47,756 bases of DNA from an uncultured Pseudomonadota bacterium. GTDB lineage: Bacteria; Pseudomonadota; Gammaproteobacteria; Burkholderiales; Eutrophovitaceae. A model generated the notes under the pieces. That model was not told where the DNA came from and did no database searches. It saw nothing but the letters and a program-made list of their open reading frames with translations. The position numbers and the translations under genes were made by a program. Location of the stretch: contig CAJXOL010000003.1 in NCBI GenBank assembly GCA_913057675.1, forward strand, positions 1 through 47,756. The letters run 5' to 3'. Shown piece by piece: positions 32,239 through 42,115 of this stretch (position 1 is its first letter; every line of letters starts with the position of its first letter).

Positions 32239-33102
32239 TCAAACTAAAATATCGACCATAAACACAAGAAATACCCATAATAAAAAACAACGCAGAAAAA
32301 ATGCCACGGATCTTTGGGCCAACTGATCAAGACTCAAGTGCTCTTGCAGACCATACTTCGGCGTAAATATCTTTCCATCTCCCTCGCCGGAGGCCCCTCC
32401 AAACTGCATATTGAGCGCCCCACCACTCGCAGATAATAATGTACGCCAAATCCCTAAACCAGATTGACCACCCTGATCTCGCCAACATCGAGTAGCCGCC
32501 TCAAAATCACCGACCAATGCATACGTTAGGCCAAGGCACCGATGTGGCAACCACGTTAGCATAGTGTGCGCAACGACTACACATTCAGACCGCCTAAGCA
32601 TTTCTAAGGAATGTGCTCTGATTAATGCGCTGTAAGCGCTGAGACTAATGAAAAATAGTATTGCACCAGATAAACCTGGCATTAAGCAATACCAAAAAAT
32701 AAGACCAAATATCCTTGATGCCGTTATAGAAAATAGTCGTGTAATACGCGGCTTGGGATGTTCAGAGTATGCCTGAGAAGCTTCTGATTTTAGCCTGTCA
32801 TTAGAAGTTTCAACACTCCGCAGATCAGAAAAATCAAACATAATTGCAAGGATCAAAACATTAAAAATAAACAATAAAGGCGGGGTTTCTTGAAAAATAA
32901 GTTGCGTAATCACCCAGATAATTAATAGACATATAGCCCACAAGGTGCCAAAAAAAATCATGGATTGCCATGGCTTACCTGACACAAAATTTGACCCAAG
33001 AAATTGGTCAAATAATCTGTCATTTGATACTTTCACTTTCTTTAACTTCTCAGAAAAAATCCAGCTGCAGATTGCAGCACCAATGATTACAAAACATTCC
33101 AC
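32239..33102 (-). CDS. CobD/CbiB- or AmpE-like membrane protein (diverged)
   Basis: IFGLIFWY, TWLPHRCLGLTYALVGDFE...WR, SGGAL; sits next to rsgA as in other Betaproteobacteria; GAGG RBS before the GTG. Confidence 0.65.
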   Translation of the reverse strand: MECFVIIGAAICSWIFSEKLKKVKVSNDRLFDQFLGSNFVSGKPWQSMIFFGTLWAICLLIIWVITQLIFQETPPLLFIFNVLILAIMFDFSDLRSVETSNDRLKSEASQAYSEHPKPRITRLFSITASRIFGLIFWYCLMPGLSGAILFFISLSAYSALIRAHSLEMLRRSECVVVAHTMLTWLPHRCLGLTYALVGDFEAATRCWRDQGGQSGLGIWRTLLSASGGALNMQFGGASGEGDGKIFTPKYGLQEHLSLDQLAQRSVAFFLRCFLLWVFLVFMVDILV

Positions 33103-33271
33103 GCAATTATTTCCTCAAAAAATTAATTAACGAATAAAGACTTTAAACTATGGCAATAGATAAACTAGTATACCTTTGTGTACATTATATAAAAACGCAT
33201 ATAGGAACTTAATTAAAATAAGTTCTAATGGGAAAGAACCTATTACCTCAATAATCAAAAATTTAAATTTT

Positions 33272-34045
33272 ATGCAAACATCAAATTTCAAGCACCTTAC
33301 TATCGAAAGGGATGAGAAGGTTGCTGTAGTGACTATTAACCGACCGGAAAAACGAAATGCTCTTTCTCCTGAAGTACTCCAAGAGATAACGGCAGCATTT
33401 GAGGCATTACCCCAAGATACTGGGACTAACGTAATAGTGTTCACCGGAGGAGAGCGATACTTCTCAGCTGGCTTTGATTTAAATGAGATTAGGAAGCTCG
33501 AAAAATTAAATAATGAATCCTACACAGCCATGTTTCACCGGACTTACCGTTCTATTTTGTTTTGTCCATTACCTGTGATATGCGCTGTTGGTGGTCCAGC
33601 TATAGCTGGAGGATTTGACCTTTCGATGATGTGCGACTTCCGTTACGCTTCGACAAAAGCCAAATTCGGGCAACGGGAAATAGCCCTATCACTAACGCCA
33701 ATACTGGACCCACTTTGGCGCATCATTGGTCTCGGCAGAGCCAAGGAGTTAACACTTACAGGCCGTCTTTACGATGCTCTAGAAGCAAAGGAAATTGGTT
33801 TTATCAATGCTGTATATCCCACTGGGAAATTATTAGATAACGTTTTAGAGATCGCAGTTAATATGGCGAAATTCGACAGGCAATGCCTCATCGAAACCAA
33901 ACAGCTTTCAAATCAATTACTCAATCAAGATCTCGAAAGCAGCATGCGTATTCAAGAGTGGTTGTTCAGAACATATATTGGGTCTGAGGAAAATCACGAA
34001 CGAATTGATGCGCTGCTAGAAACCCTTAAAAAGAATAAATCTTAA
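33272..34045 (+). CDS. Enoyl-CoA hydratase/isomerase family protein
   Basis: INRPEKRNAL, FSAGFDL, GPAIAGG, CDFR..AKFGQRE; ATG at 33272 preferred. Confidence 0.92.
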   Translation: MQTSNFKHLTIERDEKVAVVTINRPEKRNALSPEVLQEITAAFEALPQDTGTNVIVFTGGERYFSAGFDLNEIRKLEKLNNESYTAMFHRTYRSILFCPLPVICAVGGPAIAGGFDLSMMCDFRYASTKAKFGQREIALSLTPILDPLWRIIGLGRAKELTLTGRLYDALEAKEIGFINAVYPTGKLLDNVLEIAVNMAKFDRQCLIETKQLSNQLLNQDLESSMRIQEWLFRTYIGSEENHERIDALLETLKKNKS

Positions 34046-34070
34046 AAAATACGTCAATAAAGTTCACGTT

Positions 34071-35195
34071 ATGCCTAACGAAGATCAAAAGAGCTTTGGA
34101 TCATGGATCTCAACACTCATGTTGTTGGTTATCACCTGCGTTTCAGGTGGGCTCGTCTACCTTAATGCCGCAAGTGACCCCAGCAAAATAGAACCACGAG
34201 CGATAACACCTAGAGGCGCCCTAACAGATGAAGAAAATTCAACCATTTCTATTTTTGAAAACGCTAAAAAATCCGTAGTTTTTATTAGCACGAAGCAACG
34301 CGTTAGAGATTATTGGACGCGCAATATATTTTCAGCCCCAAGCGGAACAGGCTCCGGATTAGTATGGGACTCACAAGGACATGTGATCACTAACTTTCAT
34401 GTTATCAAGGGCAGCAGTGAAGCCACTATCAGACTAGAGGATGGTCGAGACTATAAGGCAAGCTTAGTTGGAGTCAGTCCATCCCACGATCTGGCGGTTC
34501 TCAAAATTATAGTTACGAATCAATCACCGCCTCCGATTCCTATTGGAGAAAGTAACGACCTTAAAGTCGGACAGAAAGTATATGCGATAGGTAATCCGTT
34601 TGGTTTGGACTGGACACTAACCACCGGAATAGTCTCTGCTTTGGATCGCAGCATCAGCACGGACAGCGGACAGAATATTGAACATCTAATTCAAACGGAT
34701 GCCGCAATTAACCCTGGGAACTCAGGAGGGCCGCTGCTTGATTCTTCTGGAAGGCTAATTGGAGTCAACACAGCCATCTACAGCCCCTCAGGCGCTTCTG
34801 CTGGCATTGGATTCGCAGTTCCAATTGATACGATTAATCGAGTTGTCCCTCAACTAATAAAATACAAAAAATACACGCCACCAAGCATCGGTATACATCT
34901 TGATGCCGACCTCAACAGGCGCATTACCGAAACCATGGGCGTCAAAGGGGCGGCTATTCTCAGGGTCCTTCCAGGATCTTCGGCTGCCAAGGCCGGGCTT
35001 GAAGCTGCCCGACTAAGATCGGATGGTGTGATTGTTCCTGGAGATATCATTACCAAAATCCAAGGGATATCAGTTGGGTCAATAAGCAAATACTATGGAT
35101 TAATGGATGATTTCAAAGTTGGGGAAGAAATAGTAATTACAATTCATCGTCATGGTGAGAACTTAAATATAGTCGTTAGAGTGCAAGGTGGATAA
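34071..35195 (+). CDS. S1C (HtrA/Deg-family) serine protease with N-terminal anchor and one PDZ domain
   Basis: GTGSG, TNFHV, DLAVL, IGNPFG, QTDAAINPGNSGGPL, GDII. Confidence 0.95.
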   Translation: MPNEDQKSFGSWISTLMLLVITCVSGGLVYLNAASDPSKIEPRAITPRGALTDEENSTISIFENAKKSVVFISTKQRVRDYWTRNIFSAPSGTGSGLVWDSQGHVITNFHVIKGSSEATIRLEDGRDYKASLVGVSPSHDLAVLKIIVTNQSPPPIPIGESNDLKVGQKVYAIGNPFGLDWTLTTGIVSALDRSISTDSGQNIEHLIQTDAAINPGNSGGPLLDSSGRLIGVNTAIYSPSGASAGIGFAVPIDTINRVVPQLIKYKKYTPPSIGIHLDADLNRRITETMGVKGAAILRVLPGSSAAKAGLEAARLRSDGVIVPGDIITKIQGISVGSISKYYGLMDDFKVGEEIVITIHRHGENLNIVVRVQGG

Positions 35196-35215
35196 ATTCA
35201 TTTATACCAACCCTA

Positions 35216-35698
35216 TCAGTCACCTTCAGTTGCCACACTCACGGGTACGGCATTGAGCACATCTGCCAATACGTTAGGTGCGAGACTCACTAAGAAGCCC
35301 TTGGCTCCACCATTAATATAGATTCTGGGTAAATCGAGAATCGATTTCTCCATGTAAATCGGCATAGTCTTCCGGGTACCAAAAGGGGACGTCCCTCCAA
35401 CTATGTAGCCTGAATGCTTATTCGCCACAACAGGGTCACACGGAGCAACACCCTTTGTTCCAATAATGCGTGCGAGGCCTTTTGTGGAGACTTGTTTATC
35501 GCCATGCATCAGCACAACCAGAGGTTTACCAGTCTCAGTTTGCATAACTAACGTCTTGACCACGACATGCTCCGAAACACCCAATTCGTGAGCAGAAACA
35601 CTTGTGCCTCCGCGTTCCTGATAGGCGTATAAGTGCTCAGCGTAGGAGATCTTATGAGCTCTCAGGAATCGAACTGCTGCTGTAACAGACCGTTTCAA
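35216..35698 (-). CDS. ybaK: Cys-tRNA(Pro) deacylase YbaK/EbsC
   Basis: VVKTLV, SGYIVGGTSPFG, INGGAKG. Confidence 0.9.
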   Translation of the reverse strand: MKRSVTAAVRFLRAHKISYAEHLYAYQERGGTSVSAHELGVSEHVVVKTLVMQTETGKPLVVLMHGDKQVSTKGLARIIGTKGVAPCDPVVANKHSGYIVGGTSPFGTRKTMPIYMEKSILDLPRIYINGGAKGFLVSLAPNVLADVLNAVPVSVATEGD

Positions 35699-35703
35699 TC
35701 TCT

Positions 35704-36306
35704 CTAAACGTCCGACATCGCAGACGCCAGAATATGTAACATTCCAGCAGTCGCTCCCCAGATATCGTGCTCAAGATAAGGTAAACGATAAAAATATCGT
35801 TTATCGGAGGCATCAGAACTTGAGGATATTTTATAATTACCAAGGTCTAATACGAAATCCATTGGCACTTCAAATATTGACGCCACCTCAAATGGATCCA
35901 AAACACAATCAATGGGAGGTTCAATCCATGCAACAACCGGGGTGACCCTGAAACCTGTTCGAATATCATATTCAGGTAACTGGCCTAACAAGGCCGACTC
36001 GTCAAGATTTAAACCAATCTCCTCTTGAGTTTCTCTCAAAGCGGTCATCTGCCTATTCGCATCCTCATCCGAAACCCTGCCTCCAGGAAAACTGATCTGA
36101 CCTGCATGATTGTTCAGATGATCAGTTCGTTTAGTCAATAAAATACATAACCGATCAGCTCGATGAACAATTGGAACCAGCACTGCGGCCGAAATAGGAC
36201 TCACGCCGACCGGATGCTTAAACATCAGATACCCCGTATTTTCAGCTTTCGGCTTAAACGACGCCAATCTTTTCGATATGCTTTGACGAGTCAGCAATAA
36301 AGACAT
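35704..36306 (-). CDS. nudL: CoA pyrophosphatase (Nudix, NudL/PCD1 type)
   Basis: LLTKRTDHLNNHAGQISFPGG, ALRETQEEIG, IWGATA. Confidence 0.92.
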   Translation of the reverse strand: MSLLLTRQSISKRLASFKPKAENTGYLMFKHPVGVSPISAAVLVPIVHRADRLCILLTKRTDHLNNHAGQISFPGGRVSDEDANRQMTALRETQEEIGLNLDESALLGQLPEYDIRTGFRVTPVVAWIEPPIDCVLDPFEVASIFEVPMDFVLDLGNYKISSSSDASDKRYFYRLPYLEHDIWGATAGMLHILASAMSDV

Positions 36307-36408
36307 TTTCGTATTATTTTTAATTAACCTTTAACCGCGCTAGTATTACATAAACTTAAATCAACAAAAATACGAATATATCCGTCAAAATTCTCAGACA
36401 CCTGATTT

Positions 36409-36732
36409 ATGATTAATTCACGCTTCTTAAAAGTCGTACTTTTTATAGTTTTCCTAGGCGCCAGCTTCCAGCAACCTAGCATGGCAGGGTGTTCTAGCGA
36501 GATTCGTGTTTTGGGAGATGATCTTAGTGGCATCAAACTTTCGCCCCAACAAAACCAATTATTGGCAGATAGAATTTTTCGAGCTAAACGACATTGCTTT
36601 AGAGGCCAAGAAAAAAAAGCTATGGCTCTCATTAATGCGGCAAGAGCGCTCGTAGGTCTTCAACCAACAACCGGAGAGTTCGACTGGGAAAACATACCCA
36701 TCGAAGACTTAAATAGCCGACCTATAAACTAA
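36409..36732 (+). CDS. Hypothetical secreted small protein
   Basis: Basic/hydrophobic signal-like N-terminus ending SMA, two Cys in the mature part; fills the gap between nudL and maeB copy 2. Confidence 0.7.
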   Translation: MINSRFLKVVLFIVFLGASFQQPSMAGCSSEIRVLGDDLSGIKLSPQQNQLLADRIFRAKRHCFRGQEKKAMALINAARALVGLQPTTGEFDWENIPIEDLNSRPIN

Positions 36733-36740
36733 TCTACATA

Positions 36741-39014
36741 TCACCGGTTGGTTGTAGCATCGACTGAACACAACGCAGACATATTTACTAATCGCCTTAC
36801 AGTAGCAGTGGGCGTTAGGACATGCACTACCTTACTTGGACCAAGCAATATGGGACCAATAGTAATACCCTCTCCCACAGTGACCTTCATCAAATTAAAA
36901 GCGATATTTGCTGCATCTAGATTGGGCATGATCAATAAATTAGCCTCACCCGAAATCTGGGCATTGGGGAAAATAGTCTGACGAATCTGTTCGTCTAAGG
37001 CTGCGTCTCCGTGCATTTCTCCATCAACCTTTAATGTGGGATCGCGTTCAATGATGATTTCTCGTGCGAGAGACATTTTTTGTGCTGAAATATCTTTAGA
37101 AGTGCCAAAATTAGAGTGCGATAAAAGTGCAATATTAGGTATCAGACCAAAACGTCTTACCTCCTCTGCCGCCAGCATTGTGATATCTGCTATTTGCTCT
37201 GCATTCGGATTGATATTCACATAGGTGTCACAAATAAAAAGTGTTCGCCCTGGAAGAATTAATACATTCATTGCAGCAAAACGACTCGCACCACTGCGCA
37301 GACCAATGACATCGTTGATATATCTAAGATGAATATCAAAGTTTGCGATCGTTCCACAAAGCATAGCGTCGGCGTCGTCGTTTTTGACCATCAATGCCCC
37401 AATTAACGTAGTTCTTCGCGAGGCCTCTCGATTCGCGTACTCTTCTGAGACTCCTTTGCGTTGCATGATCTCATAGTACTGTTTCCAATAAGTCTCAATT
37501 CTTGAGTCTGTATTAGGATTAAAAACCTCAAAGTCTCGGTGGGGTTTTATTCTTAAGCCAGCTTTTTCAATTTTCTCTTGAAGAATCTCGGGTCGAGCAA
37601 TCAATATCGGTCGAGCAAGCCCCTCATCAACGACAATTTGAACAGCTCGCAGCACTCTATCATCCTCACCCTCACAGTAAACAACTCGCTGTGGTTTTTG
37701 TTTTGCTGCCAAAAACACTGGCTTCATAATTATTCCGGAGTGGTAGACAAATTGAGTTAAGCGCTCCTTGTATGCCTCAAAATCTAGAATTGGCCTAGTA
37801 GCAACCCCACTTTTCATTGCAGCATCAGCCACAGCGGGCGCAATACGCACGATTAAACGAGGATCAAAGGGTTTAGGGATGAAATAGGTTGGCCCAAATT
37901 TCATCTCAACATTTTCATATGCCATGGCAACAACATCTGATTGTTCTTCTCTTGCAAGCTCCGCTATCGCTTTAACCGCCGCCAGCTTCATATCGTCATT
38001 AATTTCTGTCGCACCGACATCAAGAGCCCCCCTAAATATGAAGGGAAAGCACAGCACATTATTGACCTGATTCGGGTAATCAGATCGACCCGTCGCCATC
38101 ACTGCATCGGGTCGTACCCGCCGAACAATATCTGGGTGCACCTCAGGGTCAGGATTAGCCAGCGCAAGAATCACTGGGTTTTTCTTCATCAGAGAAATCA
38201 TTTCCTCATTAAGTACGTTGGCCGCAGAAAGGCCAATAAAAACGTCAGCGTCAATCATTAAATCGGCGAGACCTCTGGCATCAGTATCTTTCGCGAATTG
38301 AGCTTTGATTTCATCCATCTCAACTTCTCTTCCTTGGTAGACCACACCATGGATATCCGCCACATAAATGTTAGCCATTGGTAAACCTACCTGAACCAAC
38401 AACCCTAGGCAGGCAAGAGCCGCAGCGCCAGCGCCAGAACAAACCACTTTAACGTCTTTTAAATCCTTCCCAACCACCTCTAACGCGTTTAGAAAGGCAG
38501 CAGCAACAATAATGGCTGTACCATGTTGATCATCATGGAAAACAGGGATCTTCAGCCTTTTTCTTAATTCTTTCTCAATTCTAAAACACTCAGGCGCTTT
38601 TATATCCTCCAAATTGATGCCGCCAAAGGTAGGCTCCAATGAGGCGATAATCTTAATTAATTGATCTTCATCATCTTCGTTTATTTCTAAATCAAATACG
38701 TCGATGCCTGCAAATTTCTTAAAAAGAACAGCCTTCCCCTCCATCACAGGTTTAGCCGCTAATGGGCCTATGGCTCCCAAGCCAAGCACGGCACTTCCAT
38801 TTGTCACTACGCCAATAAGGTTTGCCCGACTGGTATAGAGATTCGCAGTGGAGGGATCAGCAACAATTTCTTCACAAGCAGCAGCAACACCTGGAGAATA
38901 AGCCAATGCCAAATCACGTTGATTTGTTAAGCCTTTTGTAGCCTTTATCGAAAGCTTCCCGGGCGAAGGGTACCTATGGTAGCGTAGCGCAGAACGTCTT
39001 AGTTGTTCATCCAT
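36741..39014 (-). CDS. maeB: Malic enzyme with PTA domain (MaeB), copy 2
   Basis: Same motif set as copy 1 ([44 protein letters not shown]). Confidence 0.97.
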   Translation of the reverse strand: MDEQLRRSALRYHRYPSPGKLSIKATKGLTNQRDLALAYSPGVAAACEEIVADPSTANLYTSRANLIGVVTNGSAVLGLGAIGPLAAKPVMEGKAVLFKKFAGIDVFDLEINEDDEDQLIKIIASLEPTFGGINLEDIKAPECFRIEKELRKRLKIPVFHDDQHGTAIIVAAAFLNALEVVGKDLKDVKVVCSGAGAAALACLGLLVQVGLPMANIYVADIHGVVYQGREVEMDEIKAQFAKDTDARGLADLMIDADVFIGLSAANVLNEEMISLMKKNPVILALANPDPEVHPDIVRRVRPDAVMATGRSDYPNQVNNVLCFPFIFRGALDVGATEINDDMKLAAVKAIAELAREEQSDVVAMAYENVEMKFGPTYFIPKPFDPRLIVRIAPAVADAAMKSGVATRPILDFEAYKERLTQFVYHSGIIMKPVFLAAKQKPQRVVYCEGEDDRVLRAVQIVVDEGLARPILIARPEILQEKIEKAGLRIKPHRDFEVFNPNTDSRIETYWKQYYEIMQRKGVSEEYANREASRRTTLIGALMVKNDDADAMLCGTIANFDIHLRYINDVIGLRSGASRFAAMNVLILPGRTLFICDTYVNINPNAEQIADITMLAAEEVRRFGLIPNIALLSHSNFGTSKDISAQKMSLAREIIIERDPTLKVDGEMHGDAALDEQIRQTIFPNAQISGEANLLIMPNLDAANIAFNLMKVTVGEGITIGPILLGPSKVVHVLTPTATVRRLVNMSALCSVDATTNR

Positions 39015-39077
39015 GAATTCGTCTTTCTACAATAATAAAAATTTTAATGCTCAATATAAAAGTTCATTAACTTTGTG

Positions 39078-39513
39078 TCACAATATTTTTGGCCTCTTAA
39101 TATGCGCCAAAGCAAACTGAACAAACTCGACGCCACATTCAGCGAATCCCATTTTGTAATAGAACCCTTTAGCTGATGCACACGCATTCAGGACAAGTTC
39201 ACGCACTCTATTCACACCGCACCAAGCCGCGATGTGCTCATAGAGCAGGCATCCCATTCCGCACAATTAATTTTTTTTCAACGGTCATTTGGATCAACTT
39301 ACCTCTTCGACCGGAATTTTCCATCGACAACGCGATGCAAACACACTGGTCTAAAAGTGAATCAAAGAGTCCAAAGTGATACTGCTTATCTTCACCTTCT
39401 AAGTCAGGATTAGAAAGACTCATGCCTAAAGGTACTCTAAGTTGACGCTCTCTTATTTTGAGCATCTCCACATGTTGAACACTACCAAATCGTACCTTTA
39501 AAAATTGCGCAAT
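39078..39513 (-). pseudogene. Frameshifted GNAT (ElaA/YjcF-like) acetyltransferase
   Basis: 5' frame (..RERQLRVPLGM..HFG..QMTVEKKL) and 3' frame (CGMG..LNA..AKGFYYKMGF..H) join across a frameshift near 39267; no in-frame ATG at the 5' end. Confidence 0.75.
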
Positions 39514-39609
39514 AGCTCTCCGTCAGACATTTTAATTAATACTTTTCTGAATATGGCTTGTGTAGTTTGTTTAGTAATCTTGTTTCTAATCTCCAAAAGT
39601 AGTCATATC

Positions 39610-41133
39610 CTACATCGTAGGGCCAAGAACCCAAGGCGCAAACTCATCCTCTCCATATCCCCACTGCTCACTCTTGGATTGATCTCCAGACGCGACTTCG
39701 AGTATTCGATCGAAGATTTCCTGACCAACCTGCTCAATTGTTCCAGTACCATCAATAATAGTGCCGCAATTGATATCCATGTCATCCTCTTGCTTATTAA
39801 ATAACGATGTATTGGTGGACAATTTGATGCTCGGGGAAGGCTTGCAGCCGTATGCCGAGCCTCGCCCAGTCGTGAAACAAGCTATGTTAGCCCCACCAGC
39901 AACATGTCCTGTTACTGATACTGGGTCATAACCCGGGGTATCCATAAACACAAAGCCCTTTTGGGTAACTTGCTCCGCATATTTATACACGTCCATCATC
40001 CCTTGTGTACCGCCTTTTGCGACACCTCCAAGGGATTTCTCTAAAACCGTTGTTAAGCCGCCAGCTTTGTTCCCTGGGGACGGGTTATTGTTCATCTCCC
40101 CGCCCAGTCTCGTCGTGTAGTCTTCCCACCACTTGATCCGTTCGACCAGTTTTTCTCCAACCTCCCTCGACACTGCTCTCCGTGTCAATAAATGCTCTGC
40201 GCCATAGACCTCTGGCGTTTCACTTAGGATGGCAGTACCGCCATTTTGCACCAGAAGATCTGCAGCAGCACCCAATGCAGGATTTGCTGAAATCCCTGAA
40301 TACCCATCGGACCCACCGCACTCAAGCCCGAGGATCAAATGACTCGCTGCAGCCGGCTGACGCTCCACTTTATTCGCATCAGGCAGCATTTCTTTGATCA
40401 TATCGATACCTTGCTGAACGGTCTTTCGAGTTCCACCGACCTCTTGAATTGTAAAAGCTTTCAAGCGCTCATTCCTACTCAACCCTTGCGCCGCAAGCAA
40501 ATTATTAATTTGATTAGCCTCACAACCGAGACCGATCAGCAACGTCGAGTAGAAGTTAGGATGTATGGCATACCCACCGAGGGTCCGCCTAAGGTACTCC
40601 ATGGGCTCCCCTTCAGACCCCATGCCGCAGCCTGTGCGGTGATGTATTGGCACTATTCCATCAATATTCGGATAATCCGCCATTACTTCATCAGTGAAAA
40701 ATTTGGCTATTAGTCGACACACATGCGCAGAACAATTCACGCTCGAAATAACGCCTAGGTAGTTTCGCGTGGCGACACTCCCATCCGCTCGTTTAATCCC
40801 CATGAAGGTGGCTGGATGAGGGTTTAATTCAGTTGGTATGAAATCCTCACAAAATGCATAATCTCGCTCAAAGTCACCCATTGCCAAATTATGCACATGC
40901 ACGTGGTCCCCTGCGACTATTGGCTGAGTGACGAGACCAATAATTTGATTATATCGTCGCACGGAATTGCCAATACTCATAGGCCTCGATGCCACCTTAT
41001 GTCCAGCAGGGATAAGCCCTGTGGTTCTAATTTTTTCCTTAAAAATCTCTGTCCCTTGCGGGAGTTCGGTTCTTGCAATAACCACATCATCTGCAGCATT
41101 TAATCTTATTGTGAGATCTGCCGTTTGAAGCAT
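39610..41133 (-). CDS. UxaA/GarD-family sugar-acid dehydratase with N-terminal SAF domain
   Basis: IPAGHKVA, GDHVHVHN, SSVNCS, H..GCG, GLGCE, ECGGSDGYSG, NPSPGNKAGG, FTTGRG; AGGAG RBS. Confidence 0.95.
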   Translation of the reverse strand: MLQTADLTIRLNAADDVVIARTELPQGTEIFKEKIRTTGLIPAGHKVASRPMSIGNSVRRYNQIIGLVTQPIVAGDHVHVHNLAMGDFERDYAFCEDFIPTELNPHPATFMGIKRADGSVATRNYLGVISSVNCSAHVCRLIAKFFTDEVMADYPNIDGIVPIHHRTGCGMGSEGEPMEYLRRTLGGYAIHPNFYSTLLIGLGCEANQINNLLAAQGLSRNERLKAFTIQEVGGTRKTVQQGIDMIKEMLPDANKVERQPAAASHLILGLECGGSDGYSGISANPALGAAADLLVQNGGTAILSETPEVYGAEHLLTRRAVSREVGEKLVERIKWWEDYTTRLGGEMNNNPSPGNKAGGLTTVLEKSLGGVAKGGTQGMMDVYKYAEQVTQKGFVFMDTPGYDPVSVTGHVAGGANIACFTTGRGSAYGCKPSPSIKLSTNTSLFNKQEDDMDINCGTIIDGTGTIEQVGQEIFDRILEVASGDQSKSEQWGYGEDEFAPWVLGPTM

Positions 41134-41341
41134 TAATTCACTCCTTAGTTGTATGTTTATCTTTTTATCTGATTGTGGTTATCTATAGTCCTGAAAAAAA
41201 CTATTTCAACTTCATTATACATTTACCAGTTGTCATGAAAGCGAAACCTCACGCCATTTAGAACATAGGCTTTAATGCTATCTAGACTAACGACATAATG
41301 TGGCAGAATATGCTAACAATCTAACTCAACCGCACTGACTT

Positions 41342-42085
41342 ATGACTTCAGATCGACTCGCTGGAAAATCAATATTCGTAACTGCAGGCGCACAAGGCAT
41401 TGGCCGCGCCTCAGTAATTGCCTTCGCACAAGAGGGTGCGCGCATAATTGCCACTGATGTTAATGCGGAAAAACTGAGTGAGTTAGAAGATATCAGTGGG
41501 GTCACAACGAAGGTTTTGAACGTTCTAGATAGAGCAGCCATCCAATCGGCAGCAGCTGAATACGACAATATAGACGTTATCCTCAATTGTGCTGGCTATG
41601 TTCACCACGGCACCATCATGGAATGCAGCCAAGAAGACTGGGACTATTCGTTTGACCTAAATGTTAAAAGTATGTTTATGGTCACCCAATCATTTTTGCC
41701 TCATCTATTAGCTAAGCAAAATGGCAGCGTTATTAATATAGCCTCGGTTGCGGGATCTATGAAGGGATTCGTAAACCGCTTCGCATATGGTGCTACGAAA
41801 GCCGCGGTAATTGGACTTACTAAATCCATAGCAGCTGACTATGTGGCACAAGGCATCCGCGCAAATGCTATTTGCCCAGGCACTGTCGACACGCCAAGTC
41901 TAGCGGATAGAATGCAGGCCACTGGGGATGTCACGGAAGCTAGAAAAAATTTCATTAGTCGACAACCCATGGGACGACTCGGAACACCGGAAGAAATTGC
42001 TAATATAGCGATATACCTTGCATCAGATGAATCAAAGTTTATGACTGGGCAAACAATCTCGGTTGACGGTGGAATAAGCATCTAA
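41342..42085 (+). CDS. SDR, BDH2/2-keto-3-deoxy-L-fuconate dehydrogenase-like
   Basis: TAGAQGIG, ATD, NCAGYVHHGTI, NRFAYGATKAAVIGLTKSIAAD, CPGTVDTPSL. Confidence 0.9.
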   Translation: MTSDRLAGKSIFVTAGAQGIGRASVIAFAQEGARIIATDVNAEKLSELEDISGVTTKVLNVLDRAAIQSAAAEYDNIDVILNCAGYVHHGTIMECSQEDWDYSFDLNVKSMFMVTQSFLPHLLAKQNGSVINIASVAGSMKGFVNRFAYGATKAAVIGLTKSIAADYVAQGIRANAICPGTVDTPSLADRMQATGDVTEARKNFISRQPMGRLGTPEEIANIAIYLASDESKFMTGQTISVDGGISI

Positions 42086-42115
42086 ACGCATAATTAATAT
42101 AGGGGGGAGATCTAA

